From positions 51,584,001 to 51,648,000 of the forward strand of contig OZ024746.1 of NCBI GenBank assembly GCA_964016885.1: 64,000 nt of DNA, read 5' to 3'. The notes below the pieces were generated by a model. The model had not been told where the DNA came from. It did no database searches and saw only the letters and a list, made by a program, of their open reading frames with translations. This document shows positions 16,069-30,131 of this stretch, piece by piece. Both the position numbers and the translations under genes were made by a program. Each line of letters opens with the position of its first letter. The stretch's first letter is position 1. The stretch is from Eledone cirrhosa. Its lineage: Eukaryota.

Positions 16069-16069
<1 letters not shown>
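15379..16069 (+). mobile_element. Non-autonomous Helitron
   Basis: 5' A|TCTATAAAAG start followed by a GT-rich tract; 3' hairpin cccgagcaacgccggg (16042-16057), then GTAG|T (decayed CTAG); no TSD. Confidence 0.65.
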
Positions 16070-16112
<43 letters not shown>

Positions 16113-16413
16113 TATAAAGTAAAGCATGTCCAGAGAATTATTTGATAATATATATACATCATTTTCTTCTCCCAATTAGCATAATTAACCACACAAAAAA
16201 TCAATTAGACCAGGCTTTAAGATTAAAAGGCACCTATGAAGAAAAAGTAAATAAATACACGACAGCGGCGTCTTCGCGGCCAACCGCTATATAATATTTA
16301 CCCAACATTTCAACAGCACGTGGAAATTAATTAAATATACGGTCAACCATACACAATTAGGTATAAAATTAAAGTTAGAAATGCTTATATACATACCAGG
16401 ATTAAATCACTAA

Positions 16414-16492
16414 ATCCCGACCCATGGGTTTCGTTCTCATTTTGAGATATCCTATTAAGGATAAATCTTGAGTTTAGAGCTCTTCAGTGGAC
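16414..16492 (-). ncRNA. Hammerhead ribozyme-like motif
   Basis: CUGAAGA-stem II-GAAA-cccauggg (palindrome)-UC; stem I imperfect. Confidence 0.6.
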
Positions 16493-16601
16493 AAACTCGC
16501 TAGGACAAATTATTTTCTGAAGTGGCCCTCAAACACGAATTCAAAATGGCTGAGAACTGTGACGTGGCAGTGGTCAAGTCAGAAAGAGTGTATATATATA
16601 C

Positions 16602-16647
<46 letters not shown>

Positions 16648-16751
16648 AGATAAGGTGTGGTAAAATCCAGGTAGATCATAACCCACCAGAGTACTTGTAA
16701 ATTGGGGTAGTAGGGGGTAGTAGAGTGGGTATTATGAAAAGATTCAGGACC

Positions 16752-16800
<49 letters not shown>

Positions 16801-16949
16801 TGTCAGTGATTTCGACGTTTGAGCTTGATCGTTGTTGCATCTGGTTGCCAGATGAAGCGATCAAGCTAGCTAATTTCTACACTCTACCTAACAGTATTGA
16901 GAATTCATTTAATTGAGGTTTCAATGTTTTACATACTAAGGTATTTAAG

Positions 16950-17023
<74 letters not shown>

Positions 17024-17727
17024 ATGATATTAATAAATGGAAACTATATTTATAAAACCATATTTATTCTATTATATATATTTCAAGGGTACCAAAACTT
17101 TGGTACCGTCTCATAAGGACCTATCCAGACGGAACTTGAACCGTTAAGGTCTGATTCCTGGGTATGTCACTGTTTATAAAACAAACTTTGTATTTTATCT
17201 GATGAGAGCATACCAAAGTTTAGGTACCCTTTTGGAAGAAGAATCGGGATGGAGAGAGAGGTGCTGTACCCCAGCAAATTTTATAAAAGGTGTGTGAATG
17301 CGGCAAAGATGGCCCAAGAGGTTGGGCCTTCTCTCTATATAAGCCTGTAGGTTGAGGAAAAAGAGGAAGAGAGGAGGGGAGTACTCACTCTTGGTGCTCC
17401 TGGAGATGAGGGTTGTATATTTTTGGGGGGTGTGTACAACCCCTGTGTAACGCCCCTCCCCCCTATTGGGAATTTCAATTATTATTTGTTATTTTATTAA
17501 TAGTTTTATTTTCATATACCTGTATGTAAACTCTCTATTTGTATTCGTACCCTTCTTTTGTGCCCTTGTGGCTAATAAACAAATTTATCTATCTATCTAG
17601 CTATCCCCCACCACCCACTCTCAAGCGTGAACCTAATACTAACACTTTGTACTGCACTCTTCGTTATTGTTTTTTGTTTTTGTTTTTTCCTATATATATA
17701 ATAGGAAAATCTGCTTCGTAGAATCAA

Positions 17728-17823
17728 GACGTATCTGAGGACCTTGCGATTTTCAGAGTCAGGTTCGATCATCACATCGATCGTGCCTCGAGTTGGTCGC
17801 CAGAGAAACGATTGTAATATGTC
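17728..17823 (+). ncRNA. Type I hammerhead ribozyme with long stem II
   Basis: gacguau-CUGAGGA-63 nt-GAAA-cgauug-UA-auauguc. Confidence 0.72.
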
Positions 17824-17868
17824 GAATAAATTCCATTCGTCGCAAAACTGATTCTTTTTTTTTCTGTG

Positions 17869-17911
<43 letters not shown>

Positions 17912-18730
17912 GAGTACCTTACTTACTGTGGTATATATATATGTATATGTTTAACCCGTGTTCAATCGGGGGTAACCACAGTATGTAAGGTACTCCATAA
18001 AAAGCAGAGTATAAATATTTAATATAGAAATGGCTTCTACAGGGATAGAACTGTTTCATTCGGGAGAAATCATCAGCCATTTCTATATTATATATATACA
18101 CACATATATAATATATATATACACATACATACATGTGTGTGTTTGTTTGTATATATGTTTACACGTATTCCTATGCGTATGCGAGTAATGTTTAGTGATG
18201 GTGGTAGGTAGCTGGATCGGATCGGTTTAACATATGCGGCGTTGTGGAAGAAGTGTAAGGTAGGTAGCAGGGTGAGATTAGAAGAGTGTGGTGGGGTGGG
18301 GTGTACGGGTATATAACTAACAGAGAGGTGTGGTGTGCTGGGTGGTGGTGGGGGTGTTCGGGTTTCACTCGAGAGGTCAAAGTTCAAGCATTTTATTGAT
18401 TATTTTCCTAAACACAAAAACACAGGTGTTTTATTTCGGGTGGTTTCAACACCCGTATTTCTATCACTTCAAGTAAGGATTTTTTTTCTGTCTTTCCTTC
18501 TTCCTATCTTTACCAACCACAGTTTCTTTCTACCCCCTCCCCCCTTCTCTCTCGTTTGCCTTCTTTCTCTCACTCATACGCGCACACACTCTCTCTCAGT
18601 CACTAACCTCCTCTTCACACCAACTCTCTCTGTTTCTCAATCACAAATCTCCTCTTACCACTCTCTCTCTCTATCTATCTCTTTTTTTCTCTTTTTATGA
18701 CACTAGCCTCCTTCTCTTTCTACAACCCCA

Positions 18731-18767
<37 letters not shown>

Positions 18768-18768
<1 letters not shown>

Positions 18769-18973
18769 AGGAAAAAGTATGACCCCGACGGCAGAGCTCA
18801 AGCCGTTTCAACGGCTATTTCTGGACTATATATATATAGTCCAGAATAGCCGTCGAAACGGCTTGAGCTCTGCCGTCGGGGTCATACTTTTTCCTATTTC
18901 CCACTCTACTACCCTAAGTATTGAGTACTCTGGTGCGTTATGGTCCATCTGGTTACTTACCACAACTCCTTCG

Positions 18974-18974
<1 letters not shown>
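18768..18974. mobile_element. Short hairpin-type PLE 3'-end insertion
   Basis: Inverted arms around an internal (TA)n, plus tail. Family copies at 5780-5946, 16645-16753, 19695-19864 and 32943-33104. Confidence 0.65.
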
Positions 18975-19013
<39 letters not shown>

Positions 19014-19861
19014 CAGGTCACCAGTTGGTGCTACTGGTAACATGTATCCCAGTACAACCTGTCTCATGATCGGGTCTTTGGCGACTAAACTGGCAACCCC
19101 ACCAAGGTTTCTTGGTGAGGAGGGTGACTTTGGACATCCTGCAGGACTAAAAACAAAACCTGTCAAAGGGCAAAGGAGCTCTTAAGAGTCAATGGCCATC
19201 CGAAATCAGCAGGAGAGATGACCCCTTAGCCTTTGTCAAGGCAGAATTCTAGGAGAAGGAAAACTCTGATATAACACCTGCAACTCTGATGGTATCCAAT
19301 GATGTTGACTTATTCTTCTTTTTGGTAAATATTATCTTGGTTAAGAGAGTGGGACTGCCTTTGTGCAGTGCCTTTGCTCACTATAAAAGCTTCACGGCAC
19401 AGGCATTGCTTTATATATGGAGATCTCTCTGCACTTGTCATCACATGGTACCATGGGCCCAGCACTATGTGTCAATAATTGTCACAAGTGTAGTGTTTGT
19501 ACAAGAGTTTTCACGTCGCTGGCTGGACTAAAAAGTCACACTCGTTCAGTGCATCGGTGGGAGTTCTCCTACATGGATATAAAGTAGTGGCCGTACTCGA
19601 AAACGAGTTGGCAGCCACCATATATATATATATATATATTGAAGTGTCGGTAAACAACCGACATATACTCAAATTTATATATATATATATATATAACGAA
19701 GGAAATGTGGTAAGGAACCAGATGGACCATATCGCACCAAAGTACTCAATACTTAGGGTAGTAGAGTGGGTAATAGGAACAAGTATGACCCCGACGGCAG
19801 AGCTCAAGCCGTTTCGACGTCGAAACGGCTTGAGCTCTTCCGTCGGGGTCATACATTTTCC

Positions 19862-19896
<35 letters not shown>

Positions 19897-20067
19897 ATGT
19901 ATGTGTATATGGAGGAAGAGAGAGGGGGTTTGTGTGTGAGATATGAAAGGAGAGAGGGGGTGAGGGGTGAAATAGAGAGGGAGAGAGCGGGGAGTGTGTG
20001 AGATATGGAGGGCGAGAGAGAGAGTGAGAGAGAGAGGGGGGAGGGAGTGTGTGAGAAGGGGGCTTAC

Positions 20068-20244
20068 CAGACCTGAAATGTCAGTTTCACGGCAACAAAC
20101 TTTCTGAATGTTTCCAGTAACAACAACAGTAACAACTATAACAATGACATGTGAGCCAGTATTAGATACACTATTGCGAGAGAAACATTTTACAGGATGG
20201 TCGCGGCTGGAGCGCCATATCAATTGATCATATGTGTACTTCAT
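20068..20244 (-). CDS. Candidate first coding exon with signal-peptide-like segment
   Basis: ATG at 20244; 59 codons MKYTYDQLIWRSSRDHPVKCFSRNSVSNTGSHVIVIVVTVVVTGNIQKVCCRETDISGL end exactly at a CTG|GTAAGC donor (phase 0). Unique sequence between repeats. Confidence 0.45.
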
Positions 20245-20284
20245 CAGCACTGGCGTGAGAATTAAAAGCAACTATATCACTAAT

Positions 20285-20415
20285 AACTACTACTACTACT
20301 ACTACTACTACTGCTACTACTACTACTACTACTACTATTACTAGTACTACTACTACTACTACTACTACTATTATTACTACTACCACCACCCCTACTACTA
20401 CTTCCGCCACATTAC

Positions 20416-20449
<34 letters not shown>

Positions 20450-20450
20450 G

Positions 20451-20486
<36 letters not shown>

Positions 20487-20495
20487 TCACCACCG

Positions 20496-20537
<42 letters not shown>

Positions 20538-20960
20538 TTAGTATCACTTCTCCCCTCCTCCCTCTGTCTTAACCATCTATCAACAAGACAAACGCAGGTG
20601 TGTGACAATATGTAGTCTGACACACTTCACTGAAGAAAGACTTCAATCTTTCAAATGACACCACCACATGTTTGTAGTAGTAGTAGTGGTGGTGGTGGTG
20701 GTGGTAGTAGTAGTGGTGGTGGTGGTAGTAGTAGTAGTAGTAGTGGTGGTGGTGGTAGTAGTAGTAGTGGTGGTGGTGGTGGTGGTAGTGGGTAGTTGTA
20801 GTTGTGGTGGTGGTGGTGGTAGTAGTAGTTGTGGTGGTGGTGGTGGTGGTAGTAGTAGTGGTGGTGGTGGTGGTGGTAGTAGTAGTAGTAGTAGTGGTGG
20901 TGGTGGTAGTAATAGTAGTAGTTGTGGTGGTGGCGGTAGTGGGTAGTTGTAGTTGATATT
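20285..20960. repeat. Opposed (TAC/CAC)n and (GTA/GTG)n triplet arrays
   Basis: Complementary arrays at 20285-20535 and 20674-20960 around a ~135-bp unique spacer. Confidence 0.9.
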
Positions 20961-20999
20961 GTTTTTGTAGTGGTGGTAGTAGTTGTGTTAGTAGTAGTG

Positions 21000-21550
21000 G
21001 TAATAGTAATTAGTAGTGATGGTAGTGTTGTTAGTAGTGAGTGGTGTTGATGTTAGCGTTAGTAATAGTAGTGGTAGTAGTAATTAGTAGTGATGGTAGT
21101 GTTGTTAGTAGTGAGTGGTGTTGATGTTAGCGTTAGTAATAGTAGTGGTAGTAGTAATTAGTAGTGATGGTAGTGTTGTTAGTAGTGAGTGGTGTTGATG
21201 TTAGCGTTAGTAATAGTAGTGGTAGTAGTAATTAGTAGTGTTGGTAGTGTTGTTAGTAGTGAGTGGTGTTGATGTTAGCGTTAGTAATAGTAGTGGTAGT
21301 AGTAATTAGTAGTGATGGTAGTGTTGTTAGTAGTGAGTGGTGTTGATGTTAGCGTTAGTAATAGTAGTGGTAGTAGTAATTAGTAGTGATGGTAGTGTTA
21401 GTAGTGAGTGGTGTTGATGTTAGTGTTAGCAATAGTAGTGATGGTAGTGTTGTTAGTAGTGAGTGGTGTTGATGTTAGTGTTAGCAATAGTAGTGGTAGT
21501 AGTGATGGTAGTGTTGTTAGTAGTGAGTGGTGTTGATGTTAGTGTTAGTA
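21000..21550. repeat. 74-bp minisatellite built from GTA/GTG triplets
   Basis: aattag marker recurs at 21008, 21082, 21156, 21230, 21304 and 21378. Confidence 0.9.
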
Positions 21551-22263
21551 GTATAGTAATGTGTAGAATGGTGGTGGTGATGGTAGTGGTGATGGTTGTA
21601 GTATCAGCTTGTTAGCTGTGGTGTAGCTGTTATACTATTGTTACAATACTTACTACTGGAGGAGAAAGGTGTGTGGTTTTTTTTTTTTAAATGGTTCTCT
21701 CGACTGACCCCACCTCACCCCTTCAGCACCCCACCCCATCCCATCACACCCCACCTCACCCCCGTCATCCATGCCAAAATAACAACATAAGTAAAAAAAA
21801 AAAAGCACTACTCCCCAAACCTCTGCCACGATGTCTCACCTCTTTCTCTCCCTCTTCCCACACTTTACTACCACTACACGCTCCGTCAGCTGGGAGAAGA
21901 GACGGAGGAGGGGGGAGCGGAAGATAGACAGAGAGAGAGCGAGAGAGAGAGAGAGAGAGGGGAGGGTGAGAGGAGAAGGATGGGACGAACAGGGGGAGAA
22001 ACAGAGACAACCCTCTTTAGAAACACTTCAATATCTACAAACACACTATACACATACATACACACTCGATGGTCTTTACTTTGAAGTGCTACACGTGTTG
22101 TTTGTTGTTTTAGATGCTGAGGTGGTGGTGGTGGTAGTTATGGAGGTGGTGGTGGTGATGGTGGTGATGGTGGTGGGGGAGTGGTTTTGGTGGTGGTGGT
22201 GGTGTTGGTGATGGTGGTGGTCGTCGTAGTGAGGATAGTGGTGGCGGTGGTAGTGGTGAGAAT

Positions 22264-23325
22264 AATTGTTTCTACTTTTGGCACAAGGCCAGCAAATTAT
22301 CCAGTACATTACTGGTACTATATTTTATCGACCCCCGTAAGGATGAAAGGCAAAGTTAGCCTCGGCGGGATTTGAACTCAAATTGTAAAGGCCCGTAACT
22401 CCAACTGCAAAGCATGGGGTCCGACCTTCTAACGATACAGTCAATCCACCGCCCTTTAGCAATATGATAATTGTTTCTACTTTTGGCACAAGGCCAGCAA
22501 ATTACCCAGTACATTACTGGTACTTTATTTTCTCGATCCCGTAAGGATGAAAGGCAAAGTTAACCTCGGCAGGATTTGAACTCAGAATGGCAAGGGCCGT
22601 AACTCTATGCGTCAAAGCATGGCGTCCGACCCTGTACCGATACTGCCAATCCAGATAATGGTAAGTTTTTAGGCAGATATAAAATAAGTTTGGAAATAAT
22701 ATTTTGTTAAATTACTGACTTACGAAGAATTGGGAAAATTTAAATGTGAAAGTATAGCTACCGCAATGCAGAACTATAATAATTGTTTCTACGTTTGGCA
22801 CAAGACCAGCGATTACCCCAGTGCATTACTGGTACTTTATTTTATCGAGTCCATAAGGATGAAAGGCAAAGTTAACCTCGGCAGGATTTGAACTCAGACC
22901 GTTAACTCTATGCTGGAAAACATGGTGTCTGGTTCTCTACCGATACTGCCATTGATAGCAGTAAGTAGTAGTTGAATAAAAGAGATATAGTACCCATGTA
23001 ACAGATAAAAAACTTTCTGACCTATGATGTTTACACATGTCTTCAATTGACAAATATAAATTATATATTTCTAACTATTAACGTTCCCCGTTGGCAATAT
23101 ATTCCATTACGTTTGAAAGTAGAGACGCCTCAGTGCAGATCACTGTGATAATTGTTTCTATTTTAGGCACAAGGCCAGCAATTACTCAGTGCATTACTGG
23201 TACTTTATTTTATCGACCCCGTAAGGATGAAAGGCAAAGTTAACCTCGGCGGGATTTGAACTCAGATCGTAAAGGGACGTAACTATGCTGGAAAGCATAG
23301 CGTCCGACCCTCTACCGATACTGCC
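22264..23325 (-). mobile_element. Cluster of four same-orientation SINE copies
   Basis: Copies at 22264-22454, 22469-22653, 22781-22951 and 23150-23325. Confidence 0.88.
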
Positions 23326-23335
23326 GAGATAATAG

Positions 23336-23868
23336 TTGTCAATTATATTTGCTAACCATGAATAATAGGTGAATAAATCGAGTAAAGTACCGAGTGCCGG
23401 ATTTAGGACAATGAGATCCTGAGTCAGTAAAGTTATGAAGCCCCTTACTTGAAAAACATTTGAAAAATTAATCGTAAAATTTGGTGGGGCAGAAAGATGG
23501 GTCCTCTCCTGGCCTACGAGGCCCTGTGGTTACGCACACCTAAACACTATGGTAAATCTGATGACGGAAAAAAGTGGACATATGACGTCTGCAGGGAACC
23601 GAACCACACATATCTTAGTATGGCGAACGAGCAAGTTTAAACAACACGCCAAAGTGTCCCAGCCTGTTATTGACGTTCTTTCTGGAATATTTAAGACGAT
23701 AATTAGCAGCCAGGGTCCTTTTATGTAATATTAAAACGCATTCGCCGACATACGAGAGATTTAGTTTGATTCCGCGCAGGTGTCACGTGTCTACTTTTTC
23801 CAGTCAGCAGGGGTACTTTATCCGATTTATTCGTATATTATTCATGGTTAGTAACTGAAAATTGACAA
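23336..23868. mobile_element. Foldback element with long diverged inverted arms and a 167-bp insertion
   Basis: 23336-23391 plus 23559-23630 pair with 23738-23868; insertion at 23392-23558 begins with a hAT-like gagtgccggattta. Confidence 0.55.
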
Positions 23869-23869
23869 A

Positions 23870-24060
23870 GCGTCAGACACCTTGCTTCGCGGTAGAGAGT
23901 TATGTCCCTTTACGTTCTGAGTTCAAATCCCGGTGATGCTAGCTTTCCTTTCATCCTTACAGGGTCGAAAAATAAAGCACCAGTAATGAAATGGAGTCGA
24001 TTTAATCGACTTTCCCCTCCCCTAAAAATTGCTGGCCTTGTGCCTAAAGTAGAAACAATT
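23870..24060 (+). mobile_element. tRNA-derived SINE, main family (long variant)
   Basis: Matches consensus, with the gtcgatttaatcgac segment. Confidence 0.8.
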
Positions 24061-24594
24061 GTTATAGTTATCTGCAATGAGGCGACTCTACTTTCAAAGG
24101 TAACAGTGAAATATATTGCCAACGGGGAACGTTAATAGTGAGAGATAGATATAATTTATATTTGTCAATCGTGGACATGTGTAAACAGCATAGGTCAGAA
24201 AGTTTGGCTGAGAAATCTTCTCTAGTGCGCTTTAGGTTCAAATTCAATTCTCCTCAGTCATTTAACGTTTGTTTAGCCTTACTAGCTTGGGTTGGACGGG
24301 TCGTCATAGACCAAGCTAGTAATCTGAGTGCGTTTTATTGTGACACTAGCACTAGTGAGGTTGCCATGAACTTACATATATACCTAGATAGATATACTAA
24401 ACATTGCTCGTGTTTAAACATGGATTTATTTATGACTGATGATTAGAGTTAGGTAGATGGATAGATACAAACATATATACTACATACTGTATATATACAT
24501 ACATATATACTTACGTACTGCATACATACATACATACATACAGCATAAATACATACATATATACATACACACATATATACATATATACATACTG

Positions 24595-24650
<56 letters not shown>

Positions 24651-25130
24651 CATACACGCTGCACACATACATACACACTGCAAACATACATACTGCATGC
24701 ATAAATGCATACATATTACATATACACACATACGTACTTACACGCATACAAAATATATATGCACACATACATACTGCATACATACATAGATACATTCACA
24801 CATACACACACATACATGCATCCATATATACATACATGCATACTTACATACATACATTCACACATACATACATACATACATACTTACATACATACATTCA
24901 CACATACATACATACATGCATACACCTGTCATCTATACATATCAGGTAACCGTGAACAGTTTCAATATATGTAACCCAATAAAACCACCTGGTTAAAAGA
25001 TATGTTAACTTACTTTCAATTATTAAATGAAGCGTAACATTATTGTTGGACGAGAATCACCCAGGTGTAGTAGCTGTCTCTCTGTCTGTCTGTCTCACTA
25101 GCCTTTCTCTACTGTTTTATATAGTCTAAA

Positions 25131-25421
25131 GTCTAAAGTCTGTCTTAAGCCAGAAGACTCATTTGGCCGGTGCTTATCCCGGTTTCATGGCGTAAAGCGA
25201 CTGAGAGTACAAGACCCCCCCCCCCCCCCCCCTGGACAGGACGCCAGTCCATCGCAAGGTTAAACCTCCAGCTATTGCTGGTACTAATTTTCAGATGAGT
25301 ATACTGGAGCAACGTGAAATGAAGTGTTTTGCTCAAGAACACAACACGCAGCCCAGGAATCGAACCCACGACATTATGATCGTAAGTCCAAGACTCTTAC
25401 CACTAGGCCACGTGCCTCCGC
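25131..25421 (-). mobile_element. Second tRNA-derived SINE family (V-domain-like core)
   Basis: A box tggcctagtgg, B box ggttcgattcc, core gcgatggactggcgtcctgtccagggg, (gacttta)n tail. Relatives at 9126-9342, 12990-13160, 27690-27897, 31480-31625, 32303-32557 and 47005-47112. Confidence 0.75.
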
Positions 25422-25592
25422 CTAGTTTTATATAAGGGACAGACAATTTCTGTTGTTGTAGACATATATGAACGTTAGTGTGTCATGTATATGTAGATAC
25501 ACAAGCATCATAAATATATCTGTGCATATTAACCTGTTGGTTTTCTCGTTGCTTCGGTGTCGTGGTCGTCTAATGAATATTATTACTCTGAA

Positions 25593-25781
25593 GGCGGTGG
25601 ATTGGCAGTATCGGTAGAGGGTCGGACGTCATGCTTTGATGCATAGAGTTACGGCCCTTTTCATTCTGAGTTCAAATCCTCCGAGGTTAACTTTGCCGCT
25701 CATCCTTACGGGGTCGATAAAATAAAGTACCATGAATACACTGAGATAAATGCTGGCCTTGTGCCAAAAGTAGAAACTATT
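25593..25781 (+). mobile_element. tRNA-derived SINE, main family
   Basis: Matches consensus. Confidence 0.85.
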
Positions 25782-25874
25782 ACTCTGAGATTCCTCATGG
25801 AGTGTTTGGCTGCACAATTCCTCATTGTATCTCGTTGGTTTGGCTACAGTCGAAGCTTCGATTTTACTAAACTT

Positions 25875-25917
<43 letters not shown>

Positions 25918-25989
25918 TATATACATATATATAGATATACATATATATATATATATACATATATATATAGATATATAGATATACATATA

Positions 25990-26325
<336 letters not shown>

Positions 26326-26545
26326 TATATATATATATATATATAGTATTAGTTATACTATTTATGGTTATGTAAACACAAAACCTTAAGCAGTTGTAAG
26401 TATTTTACACACACCCTAAATAGTGGTAGGCAGTAATGTATTACTACCTTATTACCAGTAAGTTAAGTAGCTCAATGTAAAAACATCAGATGATTTACAG
26501 AGCAGTTATATGAAATATAAGAATCAAAGAACTGTTCAAAACATT

Positions 26546-26598
26546 ATTGTGCTTACAGCTGTTTCCTCCAAACCGAGGTTTGGATTCTTCGGAGCAAT
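26546..26598 (-). ncRNA. Hammerhead ribozyme, CCGAAGA core variant
   Basis: Reverse-complement copy of 27474-27526. Confidence 0.68.
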
Positions 26599-27473
26599 TT
26601 ATTAATGCATGACCTCCTTTTCAGCCGAGAGACATACCAATACATATTCAAACATTGATACATATTCAAACATTGTGGGTCAACATTCATTACAAAATTT
26701 AGAGTGGCAGTACACACTTCGAGATTACATTTATATTAATAGGTTCAATCAAAAATCAAAGATATAGGTTAAAGTACAACATGAAGATAAGTGGTTATAT
26801 AGTGCAAATGTTATATGTGTGGCACGCATGTGCGTCTTGTTTATATAGTGTGGCAGAGAGATATGTGTGGTAGAGGCACTTAGGTAGGTAAATAAGAGTG
26901 TTAGGTTGGTAGATCTGGTGGCAAAGTCTTTATATGATTGATGTAGTCTGTGTGTGGAGAAATATTATAAGCATTAAAGATAGTGCAAGCATTAAAAGTG
27001 TTATAAGTATTGGAGATGCGTTGACATCCCTGCGTTGACATCCCTGCGTTGTGCATCTCCAATACTTATAACACTTTTAATGCTTGCACTATCTTTAATG
27101 CTTATAATATTTCTCCACACACAGACTACATCAATCATATAAAGACTTTGCCACCAGATCTACCAACCTAACACTCTTATTTACCTACCTAAGTGCCTCT
27201 ACCACACATATCTCTCTGCCACACTATATAAACAAGACGCACATGCGTGCCACACATATAACATTTGCACTATATAACCACTTATCTTCATGTTGTACTT
27301 TAACCTATATCTTTGATTTTTGATTGAACCTATTAATATAAATGTAATCTCGAAGTGTGTACTGCCACTCTAAATTTTGTAATGAATGTTGACCCACAAT
27401 GTTTGAATATGTATCAATGTTTGAATATGTATTGGTATGTCTCTCGGCTGAAAAGGAGGTCATGCATTAATAA

Positions 27474-27526
27474 ATTGCTCCGAAGAATCCAAACCTCGGT
27501 TTGGAGGAAACAGCTGTAAGCACAAT
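27474..27526 (+). ncRNA. Hammerhead ribozyme, CCGAAGA core variant
   Basis: ugcu-CCGAAGA-auccaaacc uc gguuuggag-GAAA-cagcug-UA-agca. Confidence 0.68.
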
Positions 27527-27553
27527 AATGTTTTGAACAGTTCTTTGATTCTT

Positions 27554-27688
<135 letters not shown>

Positions 27689-27916
27689 TAGGCGCGTGTT
27701 TGAGCGGTTAGAGAATTGGATTCACAATCGTGAGGCTGTGAGTTTGATTCCCGGACCGGGAAAGACACTTTATTTCACATTGCTCCTTCTGTCTGGATTT
27801 GCGACCGGTAGATAGTATTAGTAATTGGAAAGGGTCCGATGGGACGAGCTCCACCCCATTCATTAAGCGAATGAGTCTGGGATCTTATCGATCGAATGTT
27901 ATATATATATATATAA

Positions 27917-28230
27917 GTGGTTAGACGCTGCGTTTGTGCAGATCACAAACTAATATGTGCTTCGAAGAGCCAATACCATACGGCTGAGTCGTGTCATCAA
28001 GAACAGATAAATGCAGCTGGTAAGGCATGTCCTATGAATGGGGGACAATACACCAGTAAGAACTGCTGTGTCACGGTTGCTAGATGGTGGGAAAAGACCA
28101 AAGAAGACTTGGAGATCCACCCTAAAAGATGATCTGCGCAGGTGTGGCAGAGAATGGCTTCAAGCCTCAACCCTTGCCAGACACAGAAAAAGCTAGAAGA
28201 GCACAGTGATCCGTTACCATCAGGCTGGTG
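27917..28230 (+). mobile_element. Decayed 3' end of an RTE-clade LINE
   Basis: Translation with stops: ITN*YVLRRAN...IKNR*MQLVRHVL*M...GKRPKKTWRSTLKDDL...W...LARHR, typical of the RTE C-terminus. Confidence 0.7.
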
Positions 28231-28400
28231 GAATCAGATGACTTTATATTTCTACCACATTGTACCGGATTTCTGAAACTTATCGGTCTTTTATTACATA
28301 TCTCACAACGTTTCGCATTAATTATACTATATATATATATATATACATACACACACACACATATATATATATATGTGTGTGTATATATATATATATATAA

Positions 28401-28431
<31 letters not shown>

Positions 28432-28530
28432 GTATAATTAATGCGAAACGTTGTGAGATATGTAATAAAAGACCGATAAGTTTCAGAAATCCGGTACAAT
28501 GTGGTAGAAATATAAAGTCATCTGATTCCT
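28230..28530. repeat. ~100-bp perfect inverted repeat around a (TA)/(CA) spacer, probable PLE end
   Basis: 28230-28328 is the reverse complement of 28431-28529. Confidence 0.65.
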
Positions 28531-28556
28531 ATACATATACATATATATATATACAT

Positions 28557-28647
<91 letters not shown>

Positions 28648-28650
28648 ATA

Positions 28651-28686
<36 letters not shown>

Positions 28687-29923
28687 ATATATTTATATAT
28701 ATATATATATATATACAATATTTTTTTTTTTCACGCTTTTAAACGCTAAATTATTAATAACAATATACCGTATTTGCCGGCCTATATTTTACGTTATGTT
28801 TTGACGTTTATAGTCATTTTTATTGACCACGTCCAACGTTCGCGGTTTTTCACTCTTCGTGGGGGTTACGTTTCAAGAGCACCCGAAGGACAACTGTATG
28901 TATATAAATATATATATAAACATACATACACGCGTGTGTGTATGTACGTGTACGTACATATTAAATGTCAAAGATTACGGAGTTTATAGTAAAAAATATT
29001 TAATTCAACAATTCTTTGATTGCAATATTCCATGTACTTGAAACTTCGAGTTTATCTAGACCTTCCTGTCATCTCGGCCATTTATATAAATCTGTTACAA
29101 TAATTTTCTTCAATCATTATTCAAATAAATCATTATTCCAGTAAAGTAAGATGGATTTGTTTTACCTATGTATCTAGCTATCTTCTGACTGTTATTGAGA
29201 TTCATGCTGTGTTGATGATGTCCTTGTCGTTCATACACGTAAATATATATAAATATATAGCTATGGAAAGACAATCAGACAGACGTGTGTCTCTCGTTGG
29301 ACCATGCTTAACTGCAAAATACTGTCTGACGAAGCCATACCAACCTTACGATTACGTAACAGCAAAGCACTGACGTTGAGGAAATGCGCATAACAATTAT
29401 GTATTACCACAACCCACTCTTAACGATTATTCACTCGCAAACACTCACACACACGCACACGCACACACACACACATACACACACACACATAAGCACACCC
29501 ACACAAGTACACAAGCACACACACACACACACATATATATATATGTAAACAAACTGTTATGTGCCCTATCATAAAAACGAAAAAAGGGATTCCAGATTAA
29601 CGCTATCTACGAACTAAATGAATACTCCCAACGCACCTGAACTCGACCTAACGCTTCATATATTACCAATACGTACCTCACAAAACAAAGTAAAAAAAAA
29701 AACTAACCACGCCTTTCAGAAAAAAAAAACCCCATAAAACACACTTCCATGCATAACGATAACAAGAAATTCTTCTCTAATTACCGACACAAACAATCCA
29801 TAAGCACATCTTTGTTAGAATTTGGTGAAGCAGCCAAATATTACATATTTATCCGGTTCATAAAACAATGTGTTATGTAATTATGTAGTAGACAGTAAAT
29901 AAAACCGGCTATGAAAAGACGTT

Positions 29924-30098
29924 GGTGGATTGGCAGTATCGGTAGAGGGTCGGACGTCATGCTTTGATGCATAGAGTTACAGCCCTTTCAATCTGAGTTC
30001 AAATCCCGCCGAGGTCAACTTTGCCTTTCATCCTTACGGGGTCGATAAAATAAATGCACTGGGTAATTGATGGCCTTGTGCCAAAAGTAGAAACAATT
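29924..30098 (+). mobile_element. tRNA-derived SINE, main family
   Basis: Ends about 33 nt upstream of the Kazal exon. Confidence 0.85.
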
Positions 30099-30131
30099 AT
30101 TTAATACTGTTGTGTCTGTTTGTCTTTGTAG

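Noticed and set aside
19010-19310. Structured, RTE-5'-UTR-like segment as a possible HDV-like or twister ribozyme
   Set aside because: Hairpins exist (tactgg/ccagta, caccaag/cttggtg) but I could not thread either ribozyme topology.
21000-21550. Regularly spaced repeats suggestive of a CRISPR array
   Set aside because: Pure tandem 74-bp units without unique spacers, in a eukaryotic context, with no cas genes.
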